NCBI RefSeq assembly: GCF_001194135.2
Contig: NC_068998.1
Span: 22,146,838-22,185,034 of the forward strand
Source of the DNA: Octopus bimaculoides
Lineage: Eukaryota
DNA length: 38,197 nt
Direction of reading: 5' to 3'
The notes beneath the pieces are model-generated. The model was not told where the DNA came from, made no database searches, and was given only the letters and a program-made list of their open reading frames with translations. Below, piece by piece: positions 10,693 through 23,517 of the stretch; the stretch's first letter is position 1, and every line of letters starts with the position of its first letter. The translations under genes and the position numbers were made by a program.

Positions 10693-12408
10693 CTGTGTGT
10701 GTGAATGTATGTATATATATCTATTTATACACGTATATGTATATATACACACACATGTGAAGATGTGTGTGTTGAAGTATTCTGGCAAAGTATGAATTAG
10801 ATTTACAATTATGTATATGCACGGACTATCGAGGATATTTCGTTTTTCATGTAATCTGATCTGTTTTCGAGCAATCAACACAATTGCTTTCTTTTAGTCT
10901 GAATTATGCCTTGCAGCATAATCACTTTTATTCATACTGAACTTGATTTGAGGCATGAACATGCAATCTAAATATGATTTAATGCATGACACCCTCTCTA
11001 GATCTCCGACATCCTATCATTTTGTGATCTAATTACCATGACACTATGGTGAGCTTTGTATAGTTTTCTTCTGAAAATATGTTGAGTGAAATTAAATGTC
11101 ATATTCTAGTTTCTCAAGTAGTTATTATAATAACGTAAGATTGGTCTCATTTTATACGAGATTATCATGATCAGAGAAATGAATTGGCTGCGTCGACTCA
11201 AATGATACAATAAACATACAAATACCTAAATCTTTTTGTTAATACCATAATATGAAATGGCTCAACGTAAATGATACTATATTTCAACACTATAGACCTG
11301 CTATTTATTTTGTCAGATAATGTTTGAGGCATTAGAATTTAGCAAGTTATATCAGGATATATCTTCTGTGAGTACATGATTACGCACTGTAAAGAAAATT
11401 TCCTGGGATAATATACATGTAAATATTGATACCCGTTCTGAAAGCACAACATGACGTCTCTATAAAGCAGCACGTTGTTGCAAAAAGCAATTTCTCGATT
11501 TCCGATGCATAATCCTGCCTCTGCTTCCATCACTGATAATAGCATTCAAGCGACCAACATGAATAAGGAATTTTCAGAGCTTTCCTATTAACACTCCATC
11601 TAAGCTGATCCAAATTGTTTATTATTTAGCGTATTTTCGTTTCCTAAGACGTCAAAGACATCACACAGGTCACTAAAAGCTATTTCCAGCATGTCAGAAA
11701 ATTATAAGGCGGAGATAAATTGATTGGCATCATTGCTGATTTTCAAATAAATGGAATGTTCTCTCTCCGCTCTTCATATCTTTATGGAAGGACAAGATGA
11801 CATGTCACGTATATTTAACAGCGCAACACTTATCTTGATTATTTCCTAGAAAATTATTCACACGAGTCTTATGATCCTTCATGGAATCAATCATTATCAA
11901 ATACGAGCATTTATTTCCTTCTCATAATCTTAAAGTGAGTACAATTTATATGTATTCTTATACAAATAGAGCAATATTCATTATGTTTGTTAGAAAGTAT
12001 AGTGTCTCCAAAATTGAGATTTACATTATACATTGAGCATAAAAAGCATTTATTAAGGGCCAGAGCATGTGAGTAAATTCTTTCCTATCGTTTTCTTATA
12101 TAATTTTGCTTTTTAAAAAAATATACTATAGAAATACCATAATTATCAGGAGCAAGAACACCTTCTTCTTATAGATAAATGAATAACATGCCTTACAAAT
12201 GTGGTAGATATTCAATTAAATATGTGATGACATATTCTCATATAGTACAAAACTAACCTTAAATGGTGCAATATATCACTGATCTATTCTGCTTTGATTG
12301 TAAACGAGAATCTAGATACAAGGCGTCCAATAATCATGGTCGATAACAGATGGTGTCTCTATCCCTGTATCTGTCTCAATCTTTCGATACGTGTGTGAGT
12401 GTACGTCC

Positions 12409-12493
12409 ACCCATCCATTCATCCATCCATCCATCCATCCATCCATCCATCTATTGATACGTATGTACGTACATACATATATACATGCATACA

Positions 12494-12551
<58 letters not shown>

Positions 12552-12560
12552 ATGTGTGTG
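12409..12560. repeat. (CCAT)n, (TA)n and (TATG)n microsatellites
   Basis: Read directly. Confidence 0.95.
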
Positions 12561-13030
12561 TTTGTTTCCGTGTGCATGCGTGTGTTTATACCTATAATGT
12601 AATGGGCATACACACTTATACAGCAAAATATGTATATTTCTATGCCTATACATTCATATTACGAAACTTAGATGCGAGAGTACTGTGATTGCAAACATTT
12701 TCTCCGCTCTTGATGTGCGGAAAAAGAAAGGCAAGATTTCTTATAGACTTTTCAGGGTGTTTTGTAAGTTCCTCTGTGAAAAAACAAACTCTTTTTTTCG
12801 CACGTCAATAGCATAGGATGTTGCTCTACTATATACTGTAGTTATGAATTACGGGATTATTTTAGTCAATGGGTCCTTTTTGGAATATTCTTATGTGAAC
12901 ACTTCATATTTAATTAAGGAATATATATATATCGTACACATTAGTCCTTGGATTTGAAAGGGAATTGACATGATTTGTGAGCCCTCACGTGTTTGTAAAA
13001 ATATCAAACCAACTTTTGAATAAACCTATA

Positions 13031-14174
13031 TACACAGACATGCAGTAAGTAAGTAGACACCTTTAATTTTCAAAATTTCTGATATAAGCGTCTTAATATG
13101 TTTTCAGCGGTGTAGAATTTACAATGTAATTATTCTTTTTCATTCCAGGTGCCATTATATTAAACATTTGCGATGAGTAACCATGCCACGCACAAAAAAA
13201 TTCAGCAGAACTGTCAGATTTTCAAAGAAGTCGTATTGTTGGGCAATCTGAGGCTTGTCTTAGCCAGCGAAACATTACCGAACATTTTCACATTCCTCTT
13301 GCTACTGTTAATAGAAGTATAGTGAAATTCAAAAGCTAAGGAAAAGAATCAACAGATTCTCGTCCCGGCCGACCTGGACCCTCGGAAAGGAAGCTTCACT
13401 GTTTGAAGAGAATTGTGGAAAACGAACCCCATTGGAAGGCTTCTGACATTACAAAACAGCTAGAAGTTAGTCCAAGAAGGTAGTTACATATCTGTATACG
13501 TTTGGGTATTATGGACAAGCAGCTAGAATAAAACCTCTCTTTCAACCAATTAATATCATGAAAGGAAAGAAATTGACTAAGGAGATGTCAGAAAATCCAG
13601 TTCAACCAAATGTGAAACATGGCGGTATCTCTGCAATGGTATGGGGAGCTGTCAGCGGCAATGGTCATTCTGCGCTGATCGATTGTGTTGGAACCATAAA
13701 CTCTGAAAAATACATCATCGAAATACTTAAGCAAGGACTACTCTGATGCATTCATACGATAACATAACGAAAAATAAGTTTTTATTGATGAAAGATGGAG
13801 TCCATGCCATACAGCGAAAAGGAATTAACAATGGCTGACTGAAAATGGGATCAAAAAGCTTCCTTGGCCGAGCCAATCTCCTGACATGAACCCAATGGAA
13901 AATCTTTGGAGCATTCTAGATAGAGCTATACGAAAAACTCCAGAGAAACCAAAATCTAAAGATGAATTGTTTCGATTGTTGCGTGAAAAGTGGGCAGAAA
14001 TTGTACAAGAGACAATGACAAAACTCATCAGTTTCTGAATTAAAAACTGCAAAAGGAATGTCAACTAAATACTAAAGTATGTAGTCCTAGCAATCGATTA
14101 CATTTCAATTGTTTGCTTTGCGTATTAAATAGAAGATATTGAAAATTAAAAGTGTCTATTTACTTCTTGTGTAT
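13031..14174 (+). mobile_element. Tc1-family DNA transposon, internally deleted, with both TIRs
   Basis: Left TIR tacacagacatgcagtaagtaagtagacacctttaattttcaa (13031-13073) matches the reverse complement of 14139-14174 (tacacaagaagtaaatagacacttttaattttcaa); TA-rich flanks. Confidence 0.85.
13183..14075 (+). pseudogene. Tc1 DD34E transposase pseudogene
   Basis: [36 protein letters not shown](A)PCHTAK, WPSQSPDMNPMENLW. After restoring a 1-nt deletion there are 34 residues between the second D and the E. The first-D (SDESKF) region is deleted; frameshifts and stops present. Confidence 0.92.
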
Positions 14175-15348
14175 ATATATATATGCTGCGTTTCGAAATA
14201 GAAACAAACAAATACCTAGTTGGCATTTGATAAATTGATATATTTAATAGCACATCCCCTCATTTTTGAAAACTTAATTCCATCTATTTGGCAAATTGAT
14301 GACCCATTGATGCCAAAATTCTTCAGATTTTGAAGCAAAGTGAAATTGAGTATGATTTTTTAATTACTAAACACGTGTCGCTCTAAATGTTACAGTGTCC
14401 TGAAAAGATGACTGTTAGATGAATCCAAGTCATGAGAGTGATGAGGAGAGGCAAAAACTCCCATAATTAGTGTCAAAATCTTTCCCTGAAGTATTTGGGC
14501 TCAATGTGGTTAGCAGTATCATATGATATTAACACCCCTGTATCGCTGACCAAAGATGTGCGTTTTTGAAAGCGTCTAATTTACGACAATGTTTTACCAC
14601 ATTAATATCTTAGTGTTTGACTTACGTTTTTCATTATATACCTTGCATCAAAAAGTGAACATAATTTTGTTATGGTTGTAGTTCTGGTTTAGGGATATAT
14701 TCTCATTTTTCATTGGATGGAAACCATTGTCATTTCCGTTGGATGTGAATACAGAAAACAGAAGCTTTTAATCACAATTTCAGCGGCGGTGTCTGCCAAT
14801 GAAAGCCTCACTAGCAAGTCTCCTCTTCAATGACGTGGGCTACACTTTCCTTAAACAGATGAAAAGTGATCTACTGAACAAGTTTAGACGCATTTTTTCT
14901 TCATGATGGTCCATATAAGGTGTAATTCGAATTGAACTGTTTAAATAAATCCGGTGCAGTTTGAGTCATTCTTTTTCTTCTAAACTACGGGTTTCAGAAT
15001 CTCAGTATTAATGTACTTGTTTATCCAGATCGAGGGAAAGGAATATGGTTTGAAATAATAGCCCTATTCCTTTCCAGATCAAGGGAAAGGAAAATTTACC
15101 AAGAAGAGATCACTAAAATATCGTTGGAATGCACAATCATAGTAGTTATTGTCACTTGCATTACTGAAGAGCCCCTTTTGTATTCATACAGCATATACAG
15201 ATTGATGTGGGTTTAATTGAAACTATTTTAAAAGGATAACATTTAAGCGTTAAACCATTTTACTGTCTTTCCCTGGGCGTCTGCTAATACTTTACATGTA
15301 CCACGTCCACGCGTTGTTGATTATTTGATTGTTCTTCTATTTGGGATT

Positions 15349-15391
<43 letters not shown>

Positions 15392-15436
15392 TGTATGTGT
15401 GTATGTATGTATGTATGTATAAATATATCTATTCAT

Positions 15437-16010
15437 TTGTCACCAGTCATTTAGATTATTGCTCCTAACTATGGTCAGCACAGAAAGTAAAATTGACGAC
15501 AGAACTCAAAGCAATCCAGCAAAGCTACACAAAGAACATCATCTTAATGCGATATGTCAGTTACTGGAATATATAGAAAAATATAAGTCTCTACTCCTTA
15601 GAAAAAAGCGGGAAACTTACTCGGTGATATACACCTGGAAAATCCTAGATTTGTATCTAGCGTTGGAATTGTAAGTTACACAGACATCAGAACAGGATGC
15701 CACTGCAACATTTTAAATATCTTAACATTGCAATCAGGATACAGGAGCAGATACTGCAATACCTCGACCCTCAAGGGCCCAAAACTCTTCAGTATCCTCC
15801 CGAGAAAACTGAGAGAATTATATAGGGTAGATGTAACTTTCTTCAAAACAGAACTGGATCTCCAGAGTTCTGGATGGACTTACTTCGTTGCAAGAAACGC
15901 GTGTGAAGGTAGCATTAAACTCTCTCTTGCACCAAAATGGTTTAATGAAAGTGTGTAAAAGTAAACGGCGGTGCCAGATCATGGCTGAAGCTCTCGAACT
16001 GAAATTAGTT
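15437..16010 (+). mobile_element. CR1-type LINE, 3' ORF2 fragment (decayed)
   Basis: HLDYCS*LWS..ELKAIQQSYTK, SYW, LYSLEK(R)RETYSVIYTWKIL, KGPKLFSILPRKLREL, FFKTELD across frameshifts. Confidence 0.8.
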
Positions 16011-16019
16011 AATTAAATA

Positions 16020-16053
<34 letters not shown>

Positions 16054-16056
<3 letters not shown>

Positions 16057-16167
16057 CAACGGAACCAAAAGTGAATAAATGTGGTCGGCCTAACTGTGGC
16101 ACATGTCCCAACCTTTTGGAAAGTTCAGAGTTCCACTTTAGACAAGGTGAAATATTTAAGATTAAAT
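16054..16167 (+). mobile_element. Penelope-like linker/zinc-binding fragment upstream of GIY-YIG
   Basis: TTEPKVNKCGRPNCGTCPNLLESSEFHFRQGEIFKIK aligns with TTPQVKKCSCPNCGSCIFLLEGSIYKFQSGQTFTIK at about 22233-22340. Confidence 0.8.
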
Positions 16168-16637
16168 CAAATATCATATCGTATATATTTACCCATTATA
16201 TGTTAAATCATAATGTATGTTTATATATCGTAATGTTTTAACTTAAATTGTCATATTTTTATATAACTTGGAAATTATGCATGTTTATAAATATTTTTAA
16301 ATGAATATTTTGAACATTCATGATATTTCTAAAGTGTATATCGTTGTATTTGCCTGTTTTTTTACCGTACCTTTTACACATTTTAGAGACTGAAAACTAT
16401 AAATTTATTTATTGATTCTTGAACGAATTGAACACACACAAACACACTCACACACACACACACATATTATATCTTGCGTTGGATATATGGTATTGTTCCT
16501 GTGGTTTTCCACCCTTATGTATTATTTTTACTATAATGTGAATTCTAGCTCATGCTGAGCGCTTCAACTCTAGCCCGTCTTTATGTATTGTTATATTAAC
16601 AATATATAATTATACAAAAATTACAGCTTATATATAT

Positions 16638-17198
16638 NNNNNNNNNNNNNNNNNNNNNNNNNNNNNNNNNNNNNNNNNNNNNNNNNNNNNNNNNNNNNNN
16701 NNNNNNNNNNNNNNNNNNNNNNNNNNNNNNNNNNNNNNNNNNNNNNNNNNNNNNNNNNNNNNNNNNNNNNNNNNNNNNNNNNNNNNNNNNNNNNNNNNNN
16801 NNNNNNNNNNNNNNNNNNNNNNNNNNNNNNNNNNNNNNNNNNNNNNNNNNNNNNNNNNNNNNNNNNNNNNNNNNNNNNNNNNNNNNNNNNNNNNNNNNNN
16901 NNNNNNNNNNNNNNNNNNNNNNNNNNNNNNNNNNNNNNNNNNNNNNNNNNNNNNNNNNNNNNNNNNNNNNNNNNNNNNNNNNNNNNNNNNNNNNNNNNNN
17001 NNNNNNNNNNNNNNNNNNNNNNNNNNNNNNNNNNNNNNNNNNNNNNNNNNNNNNNNNNNNNNNNNNNNNNNNNNNNNNNNNNNNNNNNNNNNNNNNNNNN
17101 NNNNNNNNNNNNNNNNNNNNNNNNNNNNNNNNNNNNNNNNNNNNNNNNNNNNNNNNNNNNNNNNNNNNNNNNNNNNNNNNNNNNNNNNNNNNNNNNNN
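16638..17198. other. Assembly gap
   Basis: N run. Confidence 1.
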
Positions 17199-17571
17199 CT
17201 CAAACCATCAAATACCAGCACTGATCTGCTACACCACTAGACATTATTAGCTGCTATATTAAAATGTGTATATTGAAATCATTATCATGCTATAAAATAT
17301 TTATTGGAGTATTGTATTATCTTCCAAGCTTGGCTATATATAATAACATGAATGTAGACATATACATGCATGCAACTTCATTTCGGTACTTAAGTATCCA
17401 AATAAATGCATCTTGATGATGCATTTCCTGTTGCAATTATTATCTATAAAGACATATAACTATATAATACATAAATATGTACATTCATACATACATTGAT
17501 ACAAATATGCATAAACACTGGCATGTTGGCGCACATACACGCATATAGATATAGTCATATGACTGCTCACT

Positions 17572-17608
<37 letters not shown>

Positions 17609-19876
17609 TTTAAAAAATAACGTCGACCACTAACGTGGACAATTAATGCGCTAGAAATAGATCACATCTTGTGTCTATTAAGACCTAAAAAGTTCTCAAC
17701 ATGAAATATAGCAGCATACCAAAAACGTGAGCGGGCAAGACATTTAAAATCACCTAAAAAAATCATTATTAAACAGGAACCAGGTTTCGGATTTAACAAA
17801 TTCTTACCATTTGTCTATATATACGCATGCATTGACGATCAATCTAACTTCAAGTTCCACCTCACGGCTTGTTCAGTGTGGATTGAAATAATAGCCCTAT
17901 TTTACATACACATACACAAATGCATACGCCTACACATACACATACCCCCCCCCCCCTCCGCACACACACATATATATGGCTGACATAAATATTGTAACAT
18001 GTACATTTGTTTGTTATATGTTCGTGCATTTGTATTCTGTGGGGTATCGAAATATTATTGTGTTCTTCATTTTTGTATTTGGATCTCATGATGTTTTACC
18101 TTTGCAATTAAATGTGGAATTGCATTTATCTATGTAATCATTGAAAAATGCATTTAGGGTCTGGAATCATTGAAATATAATCTATTATCAACCAAATGCA
18201 TCTGGAAAATCATCTACTTTAGCGTTAAAACATTCTGTGGAACTGATATTTGTTCTTCCTTTATGTTATTATGTTTAGTCCCATTATTGAGTTCTAAGGC
18301 TGTGAATAGATGAAATGTTATGGGTTTCAAAAATCCATTACTGTTACACCGAAACACAATGTGAACAATTGGACTAAAACATACTTCACAGCTGTCAGAG
18401 TGCTCCAGCATTTAGAAGGAAATAAAAAACTCACTAGCGTAAGAATGATTTCTTTCGATTTTTTTTTTCTGTCTTATTGCATACGCATGAAAATCAGCCT
18501 ATATTCGTAGTGTATAGGACACTATTCTTCTTAATTTATATTTACGAAAATAAAGGAAAACAAGGGAATAAATATATAACAAAAAACGATTCCTTTCGAT
18601 ATATTAAAAATATACTTTCATACCGAGTAGTATCAAACAAAATATATTTGTTTGATATTAATGTAGTATTTTATCGTTAAATACGTAGTGCCAAATAGTA
18701 GAGCACTCTTTTCAATATGCATGATACAAGCAAATAATTTCTATCTCTTTTGAATATATCTATATCAAAGAAATTGAATCTATTCACAGAGTATTAGGTA
18801 CAACTCAACGTTCTATAAGATAACTTTCCATAAGTCATATATAGAATGGTGGAAATTTGAATCAGCTATTAAAATTTGTCAACATTATGTGCTTGAAATA
18901 CTGATGAGTACCTTAGAACAGCGGTAGGTGTTGACAGCTAGGTAAATTTGTTTGATGAAAGCGTTTTACTCTTACTCAATCTCATCATGACACCGAGATT
19001 GGGTAACACAGTAATATCTTTTATTCAATCACCTGATAGGTTAGCACTTAAAATTCTTGACATAACGGAAGGCAAAAACAAAACAAATGAAGTAAGTATA
19101 TGGACTTATTCCGTGAATCAGAACTAGTTGATGATCACATATGACACAGAACTTGGAATTGGAAATGTCAACACTTGCAGAACAAGATTGCATCGCAATG
19201 AGTTGTGGCTTGCAGAGTAACATGAATCATTAATCATAAAAGTAGTTGGCATTTTAGAGATAAACAAAGAATCAGTCAAATGTGCTGCAATAAGTAAGGC
19301 AAGATATGTTAGTTGCAAACCAATGTCTTTTATCTCATAAATAAGAAAGCTATGGAAATTCTGACGATTTTCTTTCTCAACAAATAATTCTAAAATAAGT
19401 GTAACGTGTAGTACAATATCATTTGCGTCCATTCTGGCTGTGCTAGAGGAGTGTTGGAAGAATTTTTTTTATGCATTTAGTTTCAATTTCCTTCTGGTGT
19501 ACATGTACTAATTTCATATCATTAGGTAGTCGAAATAAGTCGAAATAATACACAGTGATATATATTGTTTTTCTCTTTCCATCACAAGATTCCTACTCTG
19601 CGGCTGTATGAAGTATAATTAATATGTTTGTAGTTGCCAATATTACACCGGAATGTCCTGTGCTAGTATGTGTTTGAAAAGGAAATAAGCGATCAAAACA
19701 AAATTACGATTGAGTATTTAATCCATCTTAATTTACACAGACACACTCTAGGGTAGAATGGGTAAAGTTTAAACATGAATCGCTCCGTTCGAGATTCGAA
19801 TCACAAGCATATATAATACAAACATGCATGGAAGCATGCATATATGTATGAATACCCACTTATCTGCCTACCTATA

Positions 19877-19885
19877 TACATACAT

Positions 19886-19920
<35 letters not shown>

Positions 19921-19975
19921 TACATACATGCATACATGCATGCATGCATACATACATACATACATACATACATAC
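19877..19975. repeat. (CATA)n/(CA)n/(CATG)n microsatellite
   Basis: Read directly. Confidence 0.95.
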
Positions 19976-20332
19976 AGAGCAGTTGTATCAATAGTCTCAT
20001 TTATTCAAGCTGAGATATCATCTGTCAATAATAAATACAAAGAAATAACTAACATACGAACTGCGTTCATTTTTCATCGCTCGTTACATGTGATCGCAAT
20101 ACAACTTCATGAATGCATATCAATATAGTTCGCAATGGACTATGCATATAGTATATATCCATAGTGCTTCATTTCAACTCATATCTATTATCATTAATTA
20201 TCAAGTATGGAATATATGAGGCAGTTAACAGAAAATATGGTGTAATGGGAAAAACACAAATAGGTATTTTACACATAGTCATACGGGCTAATACCTAAGA
20301 ATGTTCAAGTATGAAACCACAATGCGCAACTT

Positions 20333-20469
20333 GTACTTAATTTATAGTCCCTGGAAAGATGAAAGGCAAAGTCGACCTCGGTGGAATTTGAACTCAGAAC
20401 GTATACACAGGTGAAATACCGCTAAGCATTTAGCCCGGCGTGCTAACGTGTTTGCTATTTCACCGCCTT
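20333..20469 (-). mobile_element. tRNA-derived SINE
   Basis: gatgaaaggcaaagtcgacctcggtggaatttgaactcagaacg...gaaataccgctaagcattt...ccggcgtgctaac; B-box GAGTTCAAATTCC on the minus strand. Confidence 0.88.
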
Positions 20470-20535
20470 TGTGTTAGGATATTATTGTTAAAGGGATGGA
20501 AAGTGGTTGCGTATAACGAATTAGAGATAAATGAG

Positions 20536-20715
20536 TAATAATCGTTTCAAATTTGGCACAAGGTCAGCAATTTCGTGGTAAAGTGATAGTTATTTATATC
20601 GACCCTAGTACTGAACTGGTAGAATGAAAGCGAAATTTGACCTCGGTGGCAGAATTTAAACTCGGAACGTAAAGACGGACGAAATGCCTTTAAGCATATT
20701 AACCGGCGTGCCTTA
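20536..20715 (-). mobile_element. tRNA-derived SINE, same family
   Basis: gacctcggtggcagaatttaaactcggaacgtaaagacggacgaaatgcc...ccggcgtgc. Confidence 0.8.
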
Positions 20716-20726
20716 ATCAAATGTGT

Positions 20727-20918
20727 AATAATGATTTAAAATTTTAGCACAAAGCTAGTAATATCGAATGTTCTATCATTATAACAACCACACTATTCAA
20801 ATGGCATTTATATTGCTAACCTCGAAAGATTAAAAGCCAAATATGGCCCTGGATGAATTTAAACTTAGAACGTAGAAACGAACGAAAGGTCGTTCAGAAT
20901 TTTTCCGGCGTGCTAACA
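20727..20918 (-). mobile_element. tRNA-derived SINE, same family, more diverged
   Basis: ctcgaaagattaaaagccaaa...gaatttaaacttagaacgtagaaacgaacgaaa...tttttccggcgtgctaac. Confidence 0.65.
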
Positions 20919-21266
20919 ATATATATATATATATATATATATACCTGTACCTTCCTCCATATCATCTGGAATAAGATGAATTGTGACTATTATTCCTTGT
21001 AAACTGTAAATATTCCCTGTCTATAATATATCCATACCTTGTCACTGATGATACAATGCTCAGTGCGTAGACATACTAACCTACCACACGGGTTATGGCT
21101 ATAAGACCCTACCGTAATTAAATTACTCTAAATGACATGAGATACTCGTTCTGGCTTGGTTTTTGATTTTCCCACTAATATAATATGTATCTATTATAAC
21201 GAAACCCGAATAGGGATCCTTGGATTCAGCATTAGCAGTGAACTTGGAACCTAGCGGTCAATCAAT

Positions 21267-23210
21267 GTTTGAATGTACAAAGTTCATCAATTTTAGTGGT
21301 GGTCAACAAGTCATACTAAAAAAAAAAACAAGCGTGAAATGAAAATAGCCAAAAAAAAAAATGGGAATTTGGTTTACAATTTTTCTGATCCTTTTCTACA
21401 TAACAACTTTTACTATTTCCTTTTCTACAGAACAACTTTTTCAGTTTCAACGAAAACACTTACAGACAAAAATCGGGCACGGCGATGGGAACGAGGGTAG
21501 CGCCTACTTTTTCTAACCTTGCCGTGGCATAGTTGGAAGTCCAAATATACGAAGACGCTAGAGTGAAATTTGAAGACAACTTCCAAATATACTTACTCAC
21601 CAACTGGAAACGCTAGTTGGATTACTGTTCCATCCTGTGGTCACATAACCTTGAACAACTCACAAAATTTAAAAACTTAATCAACAGCTTTAGCCACAGT
21701 ATCCAGTTTACAATGGAATACATCCACAAATAATTACCATTCCTGGACATTTTAATAATAAAGAAAGATACTGAAATTGAAGCCGACATCTTCTTCAAAC
21801 CAACGGACTGAAAATAACATCTTCTATTTTCCTCTTGCCACCCAAAACATACTAAAAAAAATATACCATTCAACTTAGCGAGAAAAATTGCACGATTGCA
21901 TCAAAACCCGAAACCAGGGTAAAGCAACTCTAAGAACTTAAAAACATATTACTAGATAGAAAATTCCCAGCCAGTCTAATCAGGAATGGAATAAAAAGGG
22001 GAAAAATGATAGACATCCAAGGGTTACGGAAAACAAGAAAACACCATGACACACGTATCAACACACAATCCAAGAAACGTGGAAGCATACAACATCATCC
22101 ACCAAACATACCCCTCCTTATGAAGGATCCACGAATAAAAAAGGCACCAGAAACACATAGAATTATTAAAAGCAAGCGAGAACTTCAATCCCTAAAAAAA
22201 TTACTCACCAGCGCCAAATTATCCACCAAAAATACAACCCCACAAGTTAAAAAGTGCAGCTGCCCTAACTGCGGATCTTGCATCTTCCTCTTAGAGGGCT
22301 CCATATACAAATTTCAATCAGGTCAAACTTTCACCATAAAATATGACTTCACCTGTGCTTCGAAGAACTTAATCTAAGTTCTTACAAGTGGAAGTTGTGG
22401 TGGTGACTACATTGGTCAAACCAACGTAATATTAAGGGATAGACTTACGGTGCACAGGCAAAAAATCAGGGACCCCACCACTAAGTAAATTCCCGTAAGC
22501 AAGCCCGGTAGACATAAACCCCAAATACCAAATCTTCCCTCTCTATCAATGCACTGGAAACACTTCAACCCAATTCCGTTTAAATAAGACAAACATACTG
22601 ATTAAAACATATAAACCATGGCTGAATATCCTTTAGAAAGAAGAAAAAGCAGTAAAAAGAAAAGTAAAAACGAAAAAAAACAACCAGGAACAAAAAAAAT
22701 TATTTTCTGAAAACTTTAGCAACAATATTCCACCCAGGTTCCGAAACCGCAACATCAAATCACCATACAAACATCAACTGGTGACGTCATCCACCTCCAG
22801 TCCAATGAAATTCTACAAACGCTACTTGCTGACGTCACTTAACTACAGACCAATCAAAACCGAACTTCAGCGAATACAACGAAATGACCCTTTAAGAGAA
22901 CCAACCAACCCGAACGACTTATGACCGTATACACAAGGAAACCAACCAAGCAGAATGATAAGCTTGACCACGACAAAAAAAAAAAAAACCACACCAGAAT
23001 TTTAATGAATCAAAAATCAGACCCGCTCGCGGAGAAAAAAATCATAAATTCATGTGATCCCAAGACATACCACTACAAGCGAAAGCGTCTATTAGAAGAG
23101 GATCTGTAAAACAAATTCCCATTTGTTTACTATTTTCATTTCACACTTGTTTTTTTTTCAGTATGACTTGTCAACCACCACTAAAATTAACGAACTTTGT
23201 CCATTCAAAC
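21267..23210 (+). mobile_element. Penelope-like retroelement, 5'-truncated, with inverted terminal pseudo-LTR copy
   Basis: 21267-21399 is the reverse complement of 23093-23210 with few differences; these arms enclose RT and GIY-YIG coding remnants. Confidence 0.88.
21421..22640 (+). pseudogene. Penelope RT + GIY-YIG endonuclease pseudogene
   Basis: NNFFSFNENTYRQKSGTAMGTRVAPTFSNL; WKR*LDY (from RYLDD); LPFLDI; SCHPKHTKKNIPFNLARKI; CxxPNCGxC; NLI*VL...DYIGQT (YIG 22408-22416); RLTVHR. Confidence 0.92.
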
Positions 23211-23283
23211 AAACTGATATACAGTTTTAATTTTATTAACTGCTATGAACATTCAAATTTACACCTTCTGTTTTGAACATGTT

Positions 23284-23379
23284 AATTTATCAACATTGAA
23301 ACATCTTCATTTGTCAACATTGAAACATTTTAGTTTGTCAACATTGAAACATTTTAATTTGTCAACATTGCAACTTTTA
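23284..23379. repeat. 24-bp minisatellite x4 (unit ~aatttgtcaacattgaaacatttt)
   Basis: Four consecutive units read directly. Confidence 0.9.
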
Positions 23380-23517
23380 AGGATGTTTTTTCTAATTTTA
23401 AATATAATGTATATATATATTGATAGGAAGGACAACAAACGAAAGAAAGAGAACTCGATATTATGTAAATAGAGGAATTTATCTGTAAAAATATGTGACA
23501 CTTATTCGGTAGCCATG

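Noticed and set aside
14700-15000. Minus-frame IRITP...MRLNLF resembling an F5/8C domain C-terminus
   Set aside because: A single short motif with stops nearby and no supporting context.
18901-18960. CTGATGA-GTACC...GGTAG as a hammerhead
   Set aside because: No GAAA after the putative helix II and no helix I.
23284-23379. CRISPR-like array
   Set aside because: Repeats are contiguous with no unique spacers, and the context is eukaryotic.
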